A stretch of 64,000 nucleotides of DNA from the human T2T-CHM13v2.0 reference genome, Homo sapiens. Every line of letters starts with the position of its first letter. The stretch's first letter is position 1. Of the stretch, positions 1 through 13,800 are shown one piece after another. The translations under genes and the position numbers were made by a program. Where the stretch lies: the NCBI RefSeq assembly GCF_009914755.1, contig NC_060940.1; one strand, written 5' to 3'. Below the pieces are notes generated by a model. That model saw nothing but the letters and a program-made list of their open reading frames with translations. It was not told the DNA's origin and ran no database searches.

Positions 1-179
1 CCATTCGACTCCATTCGATTATGATTTCATTCAATTCCATTCAATAATGATTCCCTTCGAGTCCATTCGATGATTCCATTCGATTCCATTCAACGATGAT
101 TTGATTCGTTTCCATTCGATGATTCCATTTGATTCCACTTGATGATGATTCCATTCGAGTCCATTTGATGATTCCATTC

Positions 180-2010
180 GAGTCTATTTATGTATTATAT
201 TCGTGTCCACTTCATGATTCCATTCAATTCCATTTAATGTTGATTCCATTTGATTCCATTTGATGATTCAGTTCGATTCCTTGCAATGATTCCCTACGAT
301 TCCTTTCTCTGATGATTCCATTCGATTCCATTCATTGATGATTTCATTCGACTCCATTCGATGATGATTCCTTTCGATTCCATTTGACGATGTTTCCATT
401 CGAGTCCATTCGATGATGATTCTATTCAATTCTGTTCTATTATGATTCCATTCGATTTCATTCAATGCTTCTATTTGATTCCATTCGATGATGATTCCAT
501 CTCTTTCCCTTCGATGATTCCATTTGATTCCATTCAGTGATGATTCCATTTGATTCCATCTGATGATGATTTCACTTGATTCCTTTCAATGATGATTCAA
601 TTCAAGTCCATTCGATGATTCCATTGGAGTCCAAACGATCATTCCGTTCGATTCCATTCAATGGTGATTCCATTCATGTCCATTCGATGAATCCATTCAA
701 TTCCATTCGATGATGACTCCATTCGAGTACATTCGATGATTCCATTTGATTCCATTTGAAGATGATTCCATTCAATTCCATTCGAAGATGATTCCATTCA
801 ATTCCATTCGATGATGATTCCGTATGAATCCATTCTCTGATTATTCCATTCGATTCCATTCATTGACGATTCCATTCAATTCCATTCAATGATGATTCTC
901 TTCTCTTCCATTCGATGATTCCGGTCGATTCCATTCGATGATGATTCCATTAGATTCCATTCGATTGTTGCATTCGATTCCCTTCGATGATGATTCCTTT
1001 GAATTCCATTCGATTATCATTCCGTATGAATCCATTTGATGATTATTCCATTGGATTCCTTTCGATGATGATTCCATTCGATTCCATTTGATGATGTTTC
1101 TCTTGTATTCCATTGGATAATTCCTTTCCGTTCCCTTCGATGATTATTCTTTCGAGTCAATTCGATGATTCTATTCCATTCCCTTCGATGATGATTCCAT
1201 TTCACTCCATTTGATGATTCCATTCGACTCAATTTGGTGATGATTCAATTCGATGACATTCGATGACTCCATTCAATTTCATTTGATGATGATTACATTC
1301 GAGTCCATTTGATGATTGTATTCCTTTCCTTTTGATGATTATTCCATTCGTGTCTATTCAAAGGTTCCATTCTATTCCATTCAATGATGATTGCATTTGA
1401 TTCCATTCAATGATTATGGCTATCGATTCCACTCGTTGATTCCATTTGATTCCGTTCGATGATTATTCCGTTAGATTCCATTAGAAGATTCCATTCGATT
1501 TTATTCAATGATTCCAATGGATTCCATTCAATGATGATTCCATTCGACTCCATTCAGTGATTCCATTCGAGTCCATTTGATGATTCCATTCTTTTCCATT
1601 TGATGATGATTCCATTAGGGTCCATTCAATGATTCCATTCGAGTCCATTCGTTAATGCCTTTCGAGTCCTTTTGATCACTACATTCGAGTCCATTCAATG
1701 ATTCTATTCGATTCCATTCCATGATGATTCCATTCGAGTTCATTCGATGATTGCATTCGAGTCCATTTGATGATTCCATATGATTCCATTCGACAATGAT
1801 TCCATTCGTGTCCATTTGATGATTCCATTCATTTCCTATCGATGAAGATTCCATTCAAGTGTATTCGATGATTCCATTCAAATCCATTCGATGATGATTC
1901 CATTCCAGTCCATTCGATCATTCCACTTGATTCCATTTGATGACTATTCCATTCAAATCCATTTGATGATTCCATTCGATTCCATTCGATGTTACCATTC
2001 GAGTATATAC
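180..2010 (+). repeat. Block A (~1.83 kb), specific to the 4.13 kb unit
   Basis: Diagnostic strings GTCTATTTATGTATTATATTCG (~182), CCTTGCAATGATTCCCTACG (~279) and GAGTATATACG (~2001). ORF track matches copies at offsets +18029, +22159 and +26288. Confidence 0.9.
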
Positions 2011-5000
2011 GATGATTCCACTCGATTCCATTTGATGATTATTCCATTGGAGTCCACTTAGTGAATCCTTTAGATTCTACTGGAAGATGATTCCATTCGA
2101 GTCCATTCGATGATACCATTCAATTCCATTCGTTGATGCTTCCATTCAAGTGCATTCGATGATATCATTCGATTCCATTTGATGATAATTCCATTTGATT
2201 CCATGCGATGATTCTATTCGATTCCATTCAATGATAATTCCATTCAATTCAGTGATTCCTCTGGACTCCATTTGATGATGATTCCATTCAATGATTCCAT
2301 TCGATTATATTCGAAAATGATTCCATTTGAATCCATTTGATGATGATTCCATTGGATTCCATTTGATGATTCCATTCGATTCCATTCGATGATGATTCCA
2401 TTCGATTCCTTTTGATGAATCCATTCTATTGTATTCGATGATGATTCCATTCGATTCCATTCGATGATGATTGGATTCGATTCCATTTGATGATTTCATT
2501 TGATTCCATTCGATAATGATTTCGATCAATTCCATTCGATGATTCCATTCGATTCCATTCGATAATGATTACATCCGAGTCCATTCGATGATTCCATTTG
2601 AGCCCGTTCGATAATTCCATTTGAGTCCAATCAATGATTCCATTCATTTCCATTCAATGATTCCATTCGAGTCCATTTGATCATTCCGGTAGGGTCCGTT
2701 CGATGTTGATTCCATTGGAGTGCATTCGATGATTCCATTCGAGTCCATTTTAGGATTTGATTCGAGTCCTTTCGATGATTCCATTCGATTCCACTCGATG
2801 ATTTCATTCGAGTCCATTCGACACTTCCAATCGATTCCATTTGATGTTTCCATTCGATTCCAATTGATGATTCCATTCAATTCCATTCGATGATGATTCC
2901 GTACGATTCCATTCTGTGATGATTCCATGTGATTGCATTCAATGATGATTCCTTTCGATTGCATTCGATTATGATTCATTTCGTGTTCATTCTATGGTTC
3001 CACAGGTTTCCATTCGATGATGTTTCCATTCGTGTCCATTCCATTATTCCATTCTATTCCATTTGGAGACGATTCCATTCGATTCCATTCATTGGTGATT
3101 CCACTCAATTCCATTCAATGATTCCATTCCATTTCTTTCAACAATGATTCCATTAGTTTCTATTCGATGATCCACTTGATTCCATTTGACGATGATTCCA
3201 TTCGTGTCCATTCGATGATTCCACTTGATTCCATATGATGATGATTCCATTCGATTCCATACGATGATGATTCCATTCGAGTCCATTCAATGGTGATTCC
3301 ATTCAATTCCATTCGATGATTCCTTTCGATTCCATTCAATGATGATGGCATTCGATTCCTTTCGATCATTCCCTTTGATTCCATTCAAAGGTGATTTCAT
3401 TCAAGTCCATTCGATAATTGCATTCGATTCCATTCTATGATGATTCCATTCGAGTCCATTTGATGATTCCATTCAATTCAAGTCAATGATGATTCCATTC
3501 GATTCCACTCGATGATTCCATTGGATTCCATTCGATGATGATTCCATTCAAATCCATTCGATAATTCAATTCAAGTCCATTCGATGATGATTCCAATCGA
3601 ATCCATTCAAAGATTCCACTCAATTCCATTCGATGATGATTCCCTTAGATTCCATTTGATGATTCCACTTGATTCCATTTACGATGATTCCATTCGATTC
3701 CATGTGATGATTCCATTCAATTCTATTCAATGATGTTTCCACTTGATTCCATTCGAACATGATTGCCTTTGATTCCATTCAATGATTCCATACGGTTCCA
3801 TTTGATGATGATTCCATTCGAGTGCATTAGATGATTCCATTCGAGTCCATTCGATGATTCCATTCGATTCCATTCGATGTTGATTCTGTTCAAATCCATT
3901 CGATGATTCCACTCGATTCCATTCGATGACTCCATTTGATCCCATTCGATGATTTCCTTTGATTCCCTTTGATGATCATTCCATTTGATTCAATTCGGTG
4001 ATTTCATTTGATTCCATTCAGTGATGTTTCCATTCGACTCCATTCGATGATGATTCCATTCGACTCCATTCGATTATGATTTCATTCAATTCCATTCGAT
4101 AATGATTCCCTTCGAGTCCATTCGATGATTCCATTCGATTCCATTCAACGATGATTTGATTCGTGTCCATTCGATGATTCCGTTTGATTCCATTTGATGA
4201 TGATTCCATTCGAGTCCCTTTGATGATTCCATTCAATTCCATTCTCCGATGATTTCTTTTGAGCCCATTCAATGCTTCCACTCGATTCCATATGATGATG
4301 ACTCCATTTGATGAAATTCCATGATGATTCCATTCGCTTGCATTCGATGATGATTCCACTTGAGTCCGTTAGAAGATTCTATTCAATTACATTCCATGAC
4401 GATTCTGTTCGAGTCCGTTTGATGATTCCATTAGACTCCATTCGACGATGATTCCATTCGATGTTATTCGATGATGATTCCATTCAACTCCATTCGATGT
4501 TTCCATTCGAGTTCATTCTATTATTCCATTAGATTCCATTCGATGATGATTCCATTCGATTCCATTTGATGATTGCATTCTATTTCATTTGATGATGATT
4601 CCATTCGAGTCCATTCGATGATTCCATTCGAGTCCATTTAATGAATCCATTGGTTTCAATTCTATGATGATTACATTGGATTCCATTCGTTGATGATTTC
4701 ATTCGATTCCATTCAATGATGATTCCATTCAATTCCATTCAATGATTCCATTCAATTCCATACGATGATGATTCCATTTGATTTGATTCGACAGTGAGCC
4801 ATTCGATTCAATTCCATGATGATTCTATTTGATTCAATTGGTTGACATTTCCATTCGGTTCCATTCGATGATGATTCCATTTGATTCCATTCAAAGATGA
4901 TTCCATTCTAGCCCATTCAATCATTCCATTCGATTCTATTCAATGATGATTCCATTCATGTCGATTTGGTGATTCCATTTGACTTCATTTGATGATGATT

Positions 5001-7863
5001 CCTTTCAAGTTCATTAGATGATTCCATTCGATTCCATTTGATGATGATCCCATTCGAGTCCATTCAGTGATTCCACTCGTTTCCATTCCATGATGATTCC
5101 ATTCCATTCCATTCAATGATTCCATTCGATTCCGTTTGATGATGATTTCATTCGAGTCCATTTGATGATTCCATTTGATTCCATTCGATGATGATTACAT
5201 TCAAGTCCATACGATGATTCCACTCAATTCCATATGATGATGATTCCATTCGATTCCATTCGATGATTCCATTCTATTCTATTCAATGGTGATTCCATTC
5301 GAGTACATTAGATGATTCCATTCGATTCCATTCAATGATGATTCTATTTGTGTCCCTTAGATGGTTCCACATGATTCCATTTCATGATGATACTATTTGA
5401 GCCCATCCAATGATTCCCTTCGATTCCATTCGATGAGGATTCCATTCGATTCAATTCATTGGTGATTCTATTCAATCCAATTCTTTGATTCCATTCCATT
5501 CCATTCGACAATGATTCCATTCGATTTCTTTCGATGATTCCACTCGATTCCACTTGACATTGATTCCATTCGATTCCATTCAATGATTCCGTTTGATTCC
5601 AGTGGATGATGATTGCCATCGATTCCATTCGATCACTCCATTCTATTCCATTTGATGATGATTACATTCGATTCCATTTGATGATTCCATCTGATTCTAT
5701 TCGAGGATTCCATTTGATTCCATTCGATGATGATTCCATTCGAGTGCATTCGATGATTTCATTCGAGTACATCCAATGATTCCATTCGAGTCCATTTGAT
5801 TTTTCCATTTAATTACATTTGATTATGATTCTACTAGAGTCCATTCAATGACTCAATTCGAATCCATTCAACAATTCCATTCGAGGCCATTCGATGATTC
5901 CATTTCATGATTCCATTCGACTCCATTTAATCATTACAGTCGAGTCCATTTGGTGATTCCACTGGATTTCTTTTGATAATGATACCATTCAATTACATTT
6001 GATGATGATCCCATTCAATTTCATTTGATGGTGATTCCATTAGAGTCCATTCGATGATTTCATTCGAGTCCCTTCATTGATTCCATCCGATTTCATTTGA
6101 TGATGACTCCATTCGAGTCCATTCGATGATTCCACTCGATTCCATTAGATGATTCCATTGGAGTCCATTTGATTGTTCCATTCGATTCTATTCGATTCCT
6201 TTCGAAGATTATTCCATTTGAGTCCATTCGATGATGATTCCATTCCATTCCATTCGATGATTCCGTTTGATTCCATTCGATGATTCCCTTCGATTCCTTT
6301 CTTTGATGATTCCATTCCATTCCATTCAATGATTCCATTCGAATCTATTCCATGATGATTCCTTTCGATTCCATTCGCTGATGTTTCCGTTCAATTCCAT
6401 TCGATGATGATTCCATTCGATTCCATTCATTGAGGATTCCATTTGATTCCATTCAATGATGATTCCATTCTATTCCATTCAATGATTCCATTCAATTCCA
6501 TTCAATGATTATCCCCTTAGAGTAAACTCAACGATTCCATTCAATACCATTCGATGATGATTCCTTTTGAGTCCATTCAATGATTTCATTCAAGTCCATT
6601 TGATGATTCCTTTCAATTCCATTCTATGATGATTCCATTCGAGTCCATTCGATGATTCCATTCGATTGCATTCGATGATTCCATTATATTCCATTCAACG
6701 GTGATTCCATTCGAGTCCATTCCATGATTCCATTAGAGTACATTTAATGATTGCTTTGTTTTCAATTCGAAGATGATTACATTGGATTCCATTCTATGAT
6801 ACCATTCGATTCCATTCAATGATGATTCCACTCAAATCCATTGGATGATTCCATTCGTGTCCATTCGGTGATTTCATTAGATTCCATTCGAGGATGATTC
6901 CATTCGATTCCATTCGATGATTCCATTCAATTCCATTCGATGATGATTCCATTCCAGTCCATATGATCATTCCATTTGATTTCATTCGATGATGATTCCA
7001 TTCGATTCCATTCGATGATTCCATTCTATTCCATTCGATGATGATTCCATTCGAGTCCATTCGATGATTCCATTCGAGTCCATTTAATGATTCCATTGGG
7101 TTCAATTCAATGATGATTACATTGGATTCCGTTCTATGATTCCATTCAATTCCGTTCATTGACAATTTGATTCCATTCGATGATGATTCCATTTGAGTTC
7201 ATTCGATGATTCTATTTGATTCTCTTCGATGGTGATTCAATTCTATTATATTGGATGATTCCATTCGATTCCATTTGATGTTGATTCAATTCGATTCTAT
7301 TCGATGGTGATTCCATTGGATTTCACTTCATGATTCTGTTCGATTCCATTCAATGATGATTCACTTCTCGTCCATTGGATGATTCCATTTCATTCCATTC
7401 GATGATGATTCCATTCGATTCCATTCGATGATTCCATTTGATTCCATGCGTCGGTGAGCAATTCGATTCAATTCCATGATGATTCTATTTGATTCAATTA
7501 GATGATGTTTCCATTCGAATCCATTCCATGATTATTCCATTGGAATCCATTCGGCGATGATTCCATATGAGTCAATTCAATGATGATTCCATATGGGTCC
7601 GTTCGATGATAATTCCATTTGATTTCATTCGGTGCTTCTATTCAATTCCAGTCGATGATGATTCCGTTGGAGTCCATACGATGATTCCATTTGATTTCAT
7701 TTGATGATGATTCCATTCGATGATGATTACATTGGATTCCATTCTATGATTCCATTCAATTCCATTCGTTGATGATTCGATTCCATTCAATGATGATTCC
7801 ATTTGAGTTCATTCGATGATTCTATTCGATTCCGTTCGATGGTGATTCAATTCTCTTATATTG
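2011..7863 (+). repeat. C+B unit, shortened variant (~5.85 kb) with a 72 bp deletion in C and a 170 bp deletion in B
   Basis: Marker ORF ends at 2979 and 8835 (5856 apart). The 70-aa ORF at 3723 corresponds to 94-aa ORFs in full copies. The GATTATAGTTGG...CCAGTCTCTG segment is missing at ~5193. Confidence 0.88.
7490..7500 (-). promoter_or_regulatory. Candidate DUX4 binding motif TAATTGAATCA, one per B block (also 15536, 35077, 40619, 46634, 52733, 58796)
   Basis: + strand TGATTCAATTA is the reverse complement of TAATTGAATCA, which fits the DUX4 consensus TAAYYBAATCA. DUX4 is known to bind HSATII and induce its transcription. Occupancy of these copies is not shown. Confidence 0.55.
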
Positions 7864-10800
7864 GATGAATCCACTCGATTCCATTTGATGATTATTCCAT
7901 TGGAGTCCACTTAGTGAATCCTTCAGATTCTACTCGAAGATGATTCCATTCAAGTCCATTCGATGATACCATTCAATTCCATTCGTTGATGCTTCCATTC
8001 AAGTGCATTCGATGATATCATTCGATTCCATTTGATGATAATTCCATGTCATTCCATGCGATGATTCTATTCGATTCCATTCAATGATAATTCCATTCAG
8101 TTCAGTGATTCCTCTGGACTCCATTTGATGATGATTCCATTCAATGATTCCATTCGATTCTATTCGAAAATGATTCCATTTGAATCCATTTGATGATGAT
8201 TCCATTAGATTCCATTTGATGATTCCATTCGATTCCATGCGACGATGATTCCATTCGATTCCATTTGATGATTCCATTCTATTGTATTCGATGATGATTC
8301 CATTCGATTCCATTCGATGATGATTGGATTTGATTCCATTTGATGATTTCATTTGATTCCATTCGTTAATGATTTCGATCAATTCCATTCGATGATTCCA
8401 TTCGATTCCATTCGATAATGATTACATCCGTGTCCATTCAATGATTTCATTTGAGCCTGTTCGATAATTCCATTTGAGTCCAACCAATGATTCCATTCAT
8501 TTCCATTCAATGATTCCATTCGAGTCCATTTGATCATTCCGGTAGGGTCCATTCGATGTTGATTCCATTGGAGTGCATTCGATGATTCCATTCGAGTCCA
8601 TTTTATGATTTGATTCGAGTCCTTTCGATGATTCCATTCGATTCCACTCGATGATGATTTCATTCGAGTCCATTCGACACTTCCAATCGATTCCATTTGA
8701 TGTTTCCATTCGAGTCCAATTGATGATTCCATTCAATTCCATTCGATGATGATTCCGTACGATTCCATTCTGTGATGATTCCATGTGATTGCATTCAATG
8801 ATGATTCCTTTAGATTGCATTCGATTGTGATTCATTTCGTGTTCATTCTATGGTTCCACAGGTTTCCATTCGTGTCCATTCCATTATTCCATTCTATTCC
8901 ATTTGATGATGATTCCATTCGATTCCATTCATTGGTGATTCCACTCAATTCCATTCAATGATTCCATTCCATTTCTTTCAACAATGATTCCATTAGTTTC
9001 TAATCGATGATCCACTTGATTCCATTTGACGACGATTCTATTCTTGTCCATTCGATGATTCCATTTGATTCCATATCATGTTGATTCCATTCGATTCCAT
9101 ACGATGATGATTCCATTCGAGTCCATTCCATGGTGATTCCATTCAATTCCATTCGATGATTCCTTTCGATTCCATTCGATGATGATGGCATTCGATTCCT
9201 TTCAATCATTCCCTTTGATTCCATTCAAAGGTGATTTCATTCAAGTCCATTCGATAATTGCATTCGATTCCATTCTATGATGATTCCATTCGAGTCCATT
9301 TGATGATTCCATTCAATTCAAGTCAATGATGATTCCATTCGATTCCATTCGATGATTCCATTCAATTCCATTCGATGATGATTCCATTCAAATCCATTCG
9401 ATAATTCAATTCAAGTCCATTCGATGATGATTCCAATCGAATCCATTCAAAGATTCCATTCAGTTCCATTCGATGATTCCCTTAGATTCCATTCGATGAT
9501 TCCACTTGATTCCATTTACGATGATTCCATTCGATTCCATGTGATGATTCCATTCAATTCTATTCAATGCTGTTTCCATTTGATTCCATTCGACCATGAT
9601 TGCCTTTGATTCCATTCAATGACTCCATTCGGTTCCTTTTGATGATGATTCCGTTTGATTCCATTTCATTATTCCATTTGATTCCATTGGATGAGTCCAT
9701 TCGATTACATTCGATTATTATTCCATTCGAGTGCATTAGATGATTCCATTCGAGTCCATTCGATGATTCCATTCGATTCCATTCGATGTTGATTCTGTTC
9801 AAATCCATTCGATGATTCCACTCGATTCCATTCGATGACTTCAGTTGATCCCATTCGATGATTTCCTTTGATTCCCTTTGATGATCATTCCATTTGATTC
9901 AATTCGGTGATTTCATTTGATTCCATTCAGTGATGTTTCCATTCGACTCCATTCGATGATGATTCCATTCGACTCCATTCGATTATGATTTCATTCAATT
10001 CCATTCGATAATGATTCCCTTCGAGTCCATTCGATGATTCCATTCGATTCCATTCAACAATGATTTGATTCGTGTCCATTCGATGATTCCATTTGATTCC
10101 ACTTGATGATGATTCCATTCGAGTCCATTTGATGATTCCATTCAATTCCATTCTCCGATGATTTCTTTTGAGCCCATTCAATGCTTCCACTCGATTCCAT
10201 ATGATGATGACTCCATTCGATGAAATTCGATGATTCCATTCGCTTGCATTCGATGATGATTCCACTTGAGTCCATTAGAAGATTCTATTCATTGTTATTC
10301 GATGATTCCATTCGATCTCATTCGATGATGATTCCATTCAACTCCATTCGATGTTTCCATTCGAGTTCATTCTATTATTCCATTAGATTCCATTCGATGA
10401 TGATTCCATTCGATTCCATTTGATGATTGCATTCTATTTCATTTGATGATGATTCCATTCGAGTCCACTCGATGATTCCATTCGAGTCCATTTAATGAAT
10501 CCATTGGTTTCAATTCTATGATGATTACATTGGATTCCATTCGTTGATGATTTCATTCGGTTCCATTCAATGATGATTCCATTCAATTCCTTTCAATGTT
10601 TCCATTCAATTCCATACGATGATGATTCCATTTGATTTGATTCGACAGTGAGCCATTCGATTCAATTCCATGATGATTCTATTTGATTCCATTGGTTGAC
10701 ATTTCCATTCGAATCCATTCGATGATGATTCCTTTGATTCCATTCAAAGATGATTCCATTCTAGCCCATTCAATCATTCCATTCGATTCTATTCAATGAT

Positions 10801-13800
10801 GATTCCATTCATGTCGATTTGGTGATTCCATTTGACTTCATTTGATGATGATTCCTTTCAAGTTCATTAGATGATTCCATTCGATTCCATTTGATGATGA
10901 TCCCATTCGAGTCCATTCAGTGATTCCACTCGTTTCCATTCCATGATGATTCCATTCCATTCCATTCAATGATTCCATTCGATTCCGTTTGATGATGATT
11001 TCATTCGAGTCCATTTGATGATTCCATTTGATTCCATTCGATGATGATTCCATTCGAGTCCATTCGATGATTCTATTCGAATCCATTTGATGATTTCTTT
11101 TGATTATAGTTGGTGATGATTCCATTGGAGTCCATTCAATGATTCCATTCGATTCCAATCGATGGTGATTCCATTAGAGTCCATTTAATGATTCCATTTG
11201 ATTCCAGTCTCTAATGATTACATTCGAGTCCATACAATGATTCCACTCAATTCCATATGATGATGATTCCATTCGATTCCATTCGATGATTCCATTCTAT
11301 TCTATTCAATGGTGATTCCATTCAAATCCATTCGATAATTCAATTCAAGTCCATTCGATGATGATTAAAATCGAATCCATTCAAAGATTCCATTCAGTTC
11401 CATTCGATGATTCCCTTAGATTCCATTCGATGATTCCACTTGATTCCATTTACGATGATTCCATTCGATTCCATGTGATGATTCCATTCAATTCTATTCA
11501 ATGCTGTTTCCATTTGATTCCATTCGACCATGATTGCCTTTGATTCCATTCAATGACTCCATTCGGTTCCTTTTGATGATGATTCCGTTCGATTCCATTT
11601 GATGATTCCATTTGATTCCATTGGATGAGTCCATTCGATTACATTCGATGATTATTCCATTCGAGTGCATTAGATGATTGCATTCGAGTCCATTCGATGA
11701 TTCCATTCGATTCCATTCGATGTTGATTCTGTTCAAATCCATTCGATGATTCCACTCGATTCCATTCGATGACTCCAGTTGATCCCATTCGATGATTTCC
11801 TTTGATTCCCTTTGATGATCATTCCATTTGATTCAATTCGGTGATTTCATTTGATTCCATTCAGTGATGATTCCATTCGACTCCATTCGATGATGATTCC
11901 ATTCGACTCCATTCGATTATGATTTCATTCAATTCCATTCGATAATGATTCCCTTCGAGTCCATTCGATGATTCCATTCGATTCCATTCAACGATGATTT
12001 GATTCGTGTCCATTCGATGATTCCATTTGATTCCACTTGATGATGATTCCATTCGAGTCCATTTGATGATTCCATTCAATTCCATTCTCCGATGATTTCT
12101 TTTGAGCCCATTCAATGCTTCCACTCGATTCCATATGATGATGACTCCATTCGATGAAATTCGATGATGATTCCATTCGCTTGCATTCGATGATGATTCC
12201 ACTTGAGTCCATTAGAAGATTCTATTCAATTACATTCCATGACGATTCCGTTCGAGTCCATTTGATGATTCCATTAGACTCCATTCGACGATGATTCCAT
12301 TCGATGTTATTCGATGATTCCATTCGATCTCATTCGATGATGATTCCATTCAACTCCATTCGATGTTTCCATTCGAGTTCATTCTATTATTCCATTAGAT
12401 TCCATTCGATGATGATTCCATTCGATTCCATTTGATGATTGCATTCTATTTCATTTGATGATGATTCCATTCGAGTCCACTCGATGATTCCATTCGAGTC
12501 CATTTAATGAATCCATTGGTTTCAATTCTATGATGATTACGTTGGATTACATTCGTTGATGACTTCATTCGGTTCCATTCAATGATGATTCCATTCAATT
12601 CCTTTCAATGTTTCCATTCAATTCCATACGATGATGATTCCATTTGATTTGATTCGACAGTGAGCCATTCGATTCAATTCCATGATGATTCTATTTGATT
12701 CAATTGGTTGACATTTCCATTCGATTCCATTCGATGATGATTCCCTTTGATTCCATTCAAAGATGATTCCATTCTAGCCCATTCAATCATTCCATTCGAT
12801 TCTATTCAATGATGATTCCATTCATGTCGATTTGGTGATTCCATTTGACTTCATTTGATGATGATTCCTTTCAAGTTCATTAGATGATTCCATTCGATTC
12901 CATTTGATGATGATCCCATTCGAGTCCATTCAGTGATTCCACTCGTTTCCATTCCATGATGATTCCATTCCATTCCATTCAATGATTCCATTCGATTCCG
13001 TTTGATGATGATTTCATTCGAGTCCATTTGATGATTCCATTTGATTCCATTCGATGATGATTCCATTCGAGTCCATTCGATGATTCTATTCGAATCCATT
13101 TGATGATTTCTTTTGATTATAGTTGGTGATGATTCCATTGGAGTCCATTCAATGATTCCATTCGATTCCAATCGATGGTGATTCCATTAGAGTCCATTTA
13201 ACGATTCCATTTGATTCCAGTCTCTGATGATTACATTCGAGTCCATACGATGATTCCACTCAATTCCATATGATGATGATTCCATTCTATTCCATTCGAT
13301 GATTCCATTCTATTCTATTCAATGGTGATTCCATTCGAGTACATTAGATGATTCCATTCGATTCCATTCAATGATGATTCTGTTTGTGTCCCTTAGATGA
13401 TTCCACATGATTCCATTAGATGATGATACTATTTGAGCCCATCCAATGATTCCCTTCGATTCCATTCGATGAGGATTCCATTCGATTCAATTCATTGGTG
13501 ATTCTATTCAATTCAATTCTTTGATTCCATTCCATTCCATTCGACAATGATTCCATTCGATTTCTTTCGATGATTCCACTCGATTCCACTTGACATTGAT
13601 TCCCTTCGATTCCATTCAATGATTCCATTTGATTCCAGTGGATGATGATTGCCATCGATTCCATTCGATCACTCCATTCTATTCCATTTGATGATGATTA
13701 CATTCAATTCCATTTGACGATTCCATCTGATTCTATTCGAGGATTCCATTTGATTCCATTCGATGATGATTCCATTCGAGTCCATTCGATGATTTCATTC

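Noticed and set aside
182-205. AT-rich TATTTATGTATTATAT patch resembling a TATA box
   Set aside because: It is explainable as a mutated monomer copied with block A, and there is no other promoter evidence. Kept only as a marker.
2686-2700. G-rich CCGGTAGGGTCCG island in block C
   Set aside because: It is too short for a G-quadruplex, fits the monomer phase, and varies between copies (CTGG, GTAGTG).
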